64,000 nt of DNA from Candidatus Multivoradales bacterium (GTDB lineage Bacteria; Acidobacteriota; Thermoanaerobaculia; Multivoradales; J023). Location of the stretch: NCBI GenBank assembly GCA_965248925.1, contig CBDFLE010000006.1, forward strand, positions 4,544,001 to 4,608,000, given 5' to 3'. Under the pieces are notes generated by a model. That model was not told the origin of the DNA and made no database searches. It saw only the letters and a list, made by a program, of their open reading frames with translations. Positions 63,037 through 64,000 of the stretch are shown one piece after another (positions within the stretch are counted from its first letter, which is position 1; every line of letters starts with the position of its first letter). The translations under genes and the position numbers were made by a program.

Positions 63037-64000
63037 ATGAGCGAAACCCAATCCACCGAACCTGCCACCGTGCTGCTCTATGGCGGCATTGTGCTGGCCA
63101 TGGACGGTCGGCGAACCGTCTTGCGCGGTGCCGAGGTCTTGCTCAGTCATGGTCGAATCCAGGCTGTTGGCAAAGCCCTGACCGCCCCGGCCGATACACG
63201 CTTGGTCGACATTTCCGGCTGCTTCCTGCTACCCGGATTGATCCAAGGGCACATCCACCTGGGCCAAACTTTCTTTCGCGGCCTCGGCGAGGGGCGTCGC
63301 TTGCTCGACTGGCTACGCCAACGGATCTGGCCGTTCGAGGCTACCCATGACGACGAGAGCGCTTATTGGTGCACGCTGCAGGGCGCGGTGGAGTGTTTGT
63401 TGGGGGGCACCACCTGCGTCCAGGATATTGGTCTTGGTCCAGCCGCCCAAGGCTATTTGCGGGCATTGGTCGACTCGCGGCTGCGGGCGATCGCTGGCAA
63501 ATGCCTGATGGATACGGGCGACGGGCTGCCGCCGTCAATGCTTGAAGAGACCGATCTTGCCCTGGCCTCGACCGAGGCTCTGGGAGATCTCTTTGACGGT
63601 GCAGGTGGCGGTCGCCTGCGCTACGCACTCAACCCACGTTTCATCTTGTCTTGCTCAGACGACTTGTGGCGCGGGGTTGCGGAACTCGCAGCTCGTCGAG
63701 GTTGGCCGATCCACACCCATGCCTTGGAGCAGCAAGACGAAACCGAGTTGGTGCGGGCGCTCAAGGGTGGGCGCGACGAGATCGAGTATTTTGACGAGGC
63801 GGGAGTCTTGGCTGCTGATCTGCGCATCGCCCACGGCGTCTGGCTCGATTCACGCCACTATCCGCGCCTCGCTGATCGGCCTTTCGCGGTGGTGCATTGC
63901 CCGGCGGCGAATCTCAAGCTGGGTTCGGGGGTTGCCGATGTCGTCGGCCTGCGGCGAGCTGGGATCCGGGTGGGCTGTGGCTGTGACGGTGCGGCCTGTA
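63037..64000 (+). CDS. Amidohydrolase, 5'-deoxyadenosine/MTA-SAH deaminase-like (3' truncated)
   Basis: Translated by hand: PGLIQGHIHLGQTFFRG..LLDWL..IWPFEA, IHTHALE, AHGVWL, HCPAANLKLGSG, GCDG. Confidence 0.88.
   Translation, partial: MSETQSTEPATVLLYGGIVLAMDGRRTVLRGAEVLLSHGRIQAVGKALTAPADTRLVDISGCFLLPGLIQGHIHLGQTFFRGLGEGRRLLDWLRQRIWPFEATHDDESAYWCTLQGAVECLLGGTTCVQDIGLGPAAQGYLRALVDSRLRAIAGKCLMDTGDGLPPSMLEETDLALASTEALGDLFDGAGGGRLRYALNPRFILSCSDDLWRGVAELAARRGWPIHTHALEQQDETELVRALKGGRDEIEYFDEAGVLAADLRIAHGVWLDSRHYPRLADRPFAVVHCPAANLKLGSGVADVVGLRRAGIRVGCGCDGAAC

Overview
A GC-rich bacterial chromosome segment, most consistent with an Acidobacteriota (Thermoanaerobaculia-like) genome. That assignment is an inference from the gene families seen. 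The core backbone is rfbB-rfbC, uppP, an ECF sigma operon, psd-recD2, kdsB-pyrG-kdsA-kdsD-kdsC, lolA, purH, ligA, an NtrC-type regulator, tilS-ftsH-folP-cdaA-cdaR-glmM-pdxJ, sodA, rpmG and four tRNAs (Phe, Met-CAT, Val, Asp). Accessory content includes: (1) an Mrr-type nuclease fused to a STAND ATPase that runs off the left edge and is absent from the ORF track; (2) a BlaI/BlaR1 pair whose predicted sensor domain is pseudopilin-like; (3) a cytoplasmic subtilase plus MBL-hydrolase cassette; (4) a ~5 kb island bounded by degenerate direct repeats, carrying a Cys-rich secreted peptide, a TPR pseudogene and a convergent 33-aa ORF ending in IDPHG; (5) a DUF5131/TcmP cassette next to a broken hicAB; (6) an 8-repeat adhesin with a Ser-Asp tract. 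Non-coding signals include a candidate ~65-nt sRNA, a GTAG-type REP doublet, and a tandem operator-like repeat before a probably leaderless zinc-finger gene. No CRISPR array, rRNA, transposase or integrase was seen. All calls come from motif recognition by eye, without database searches.
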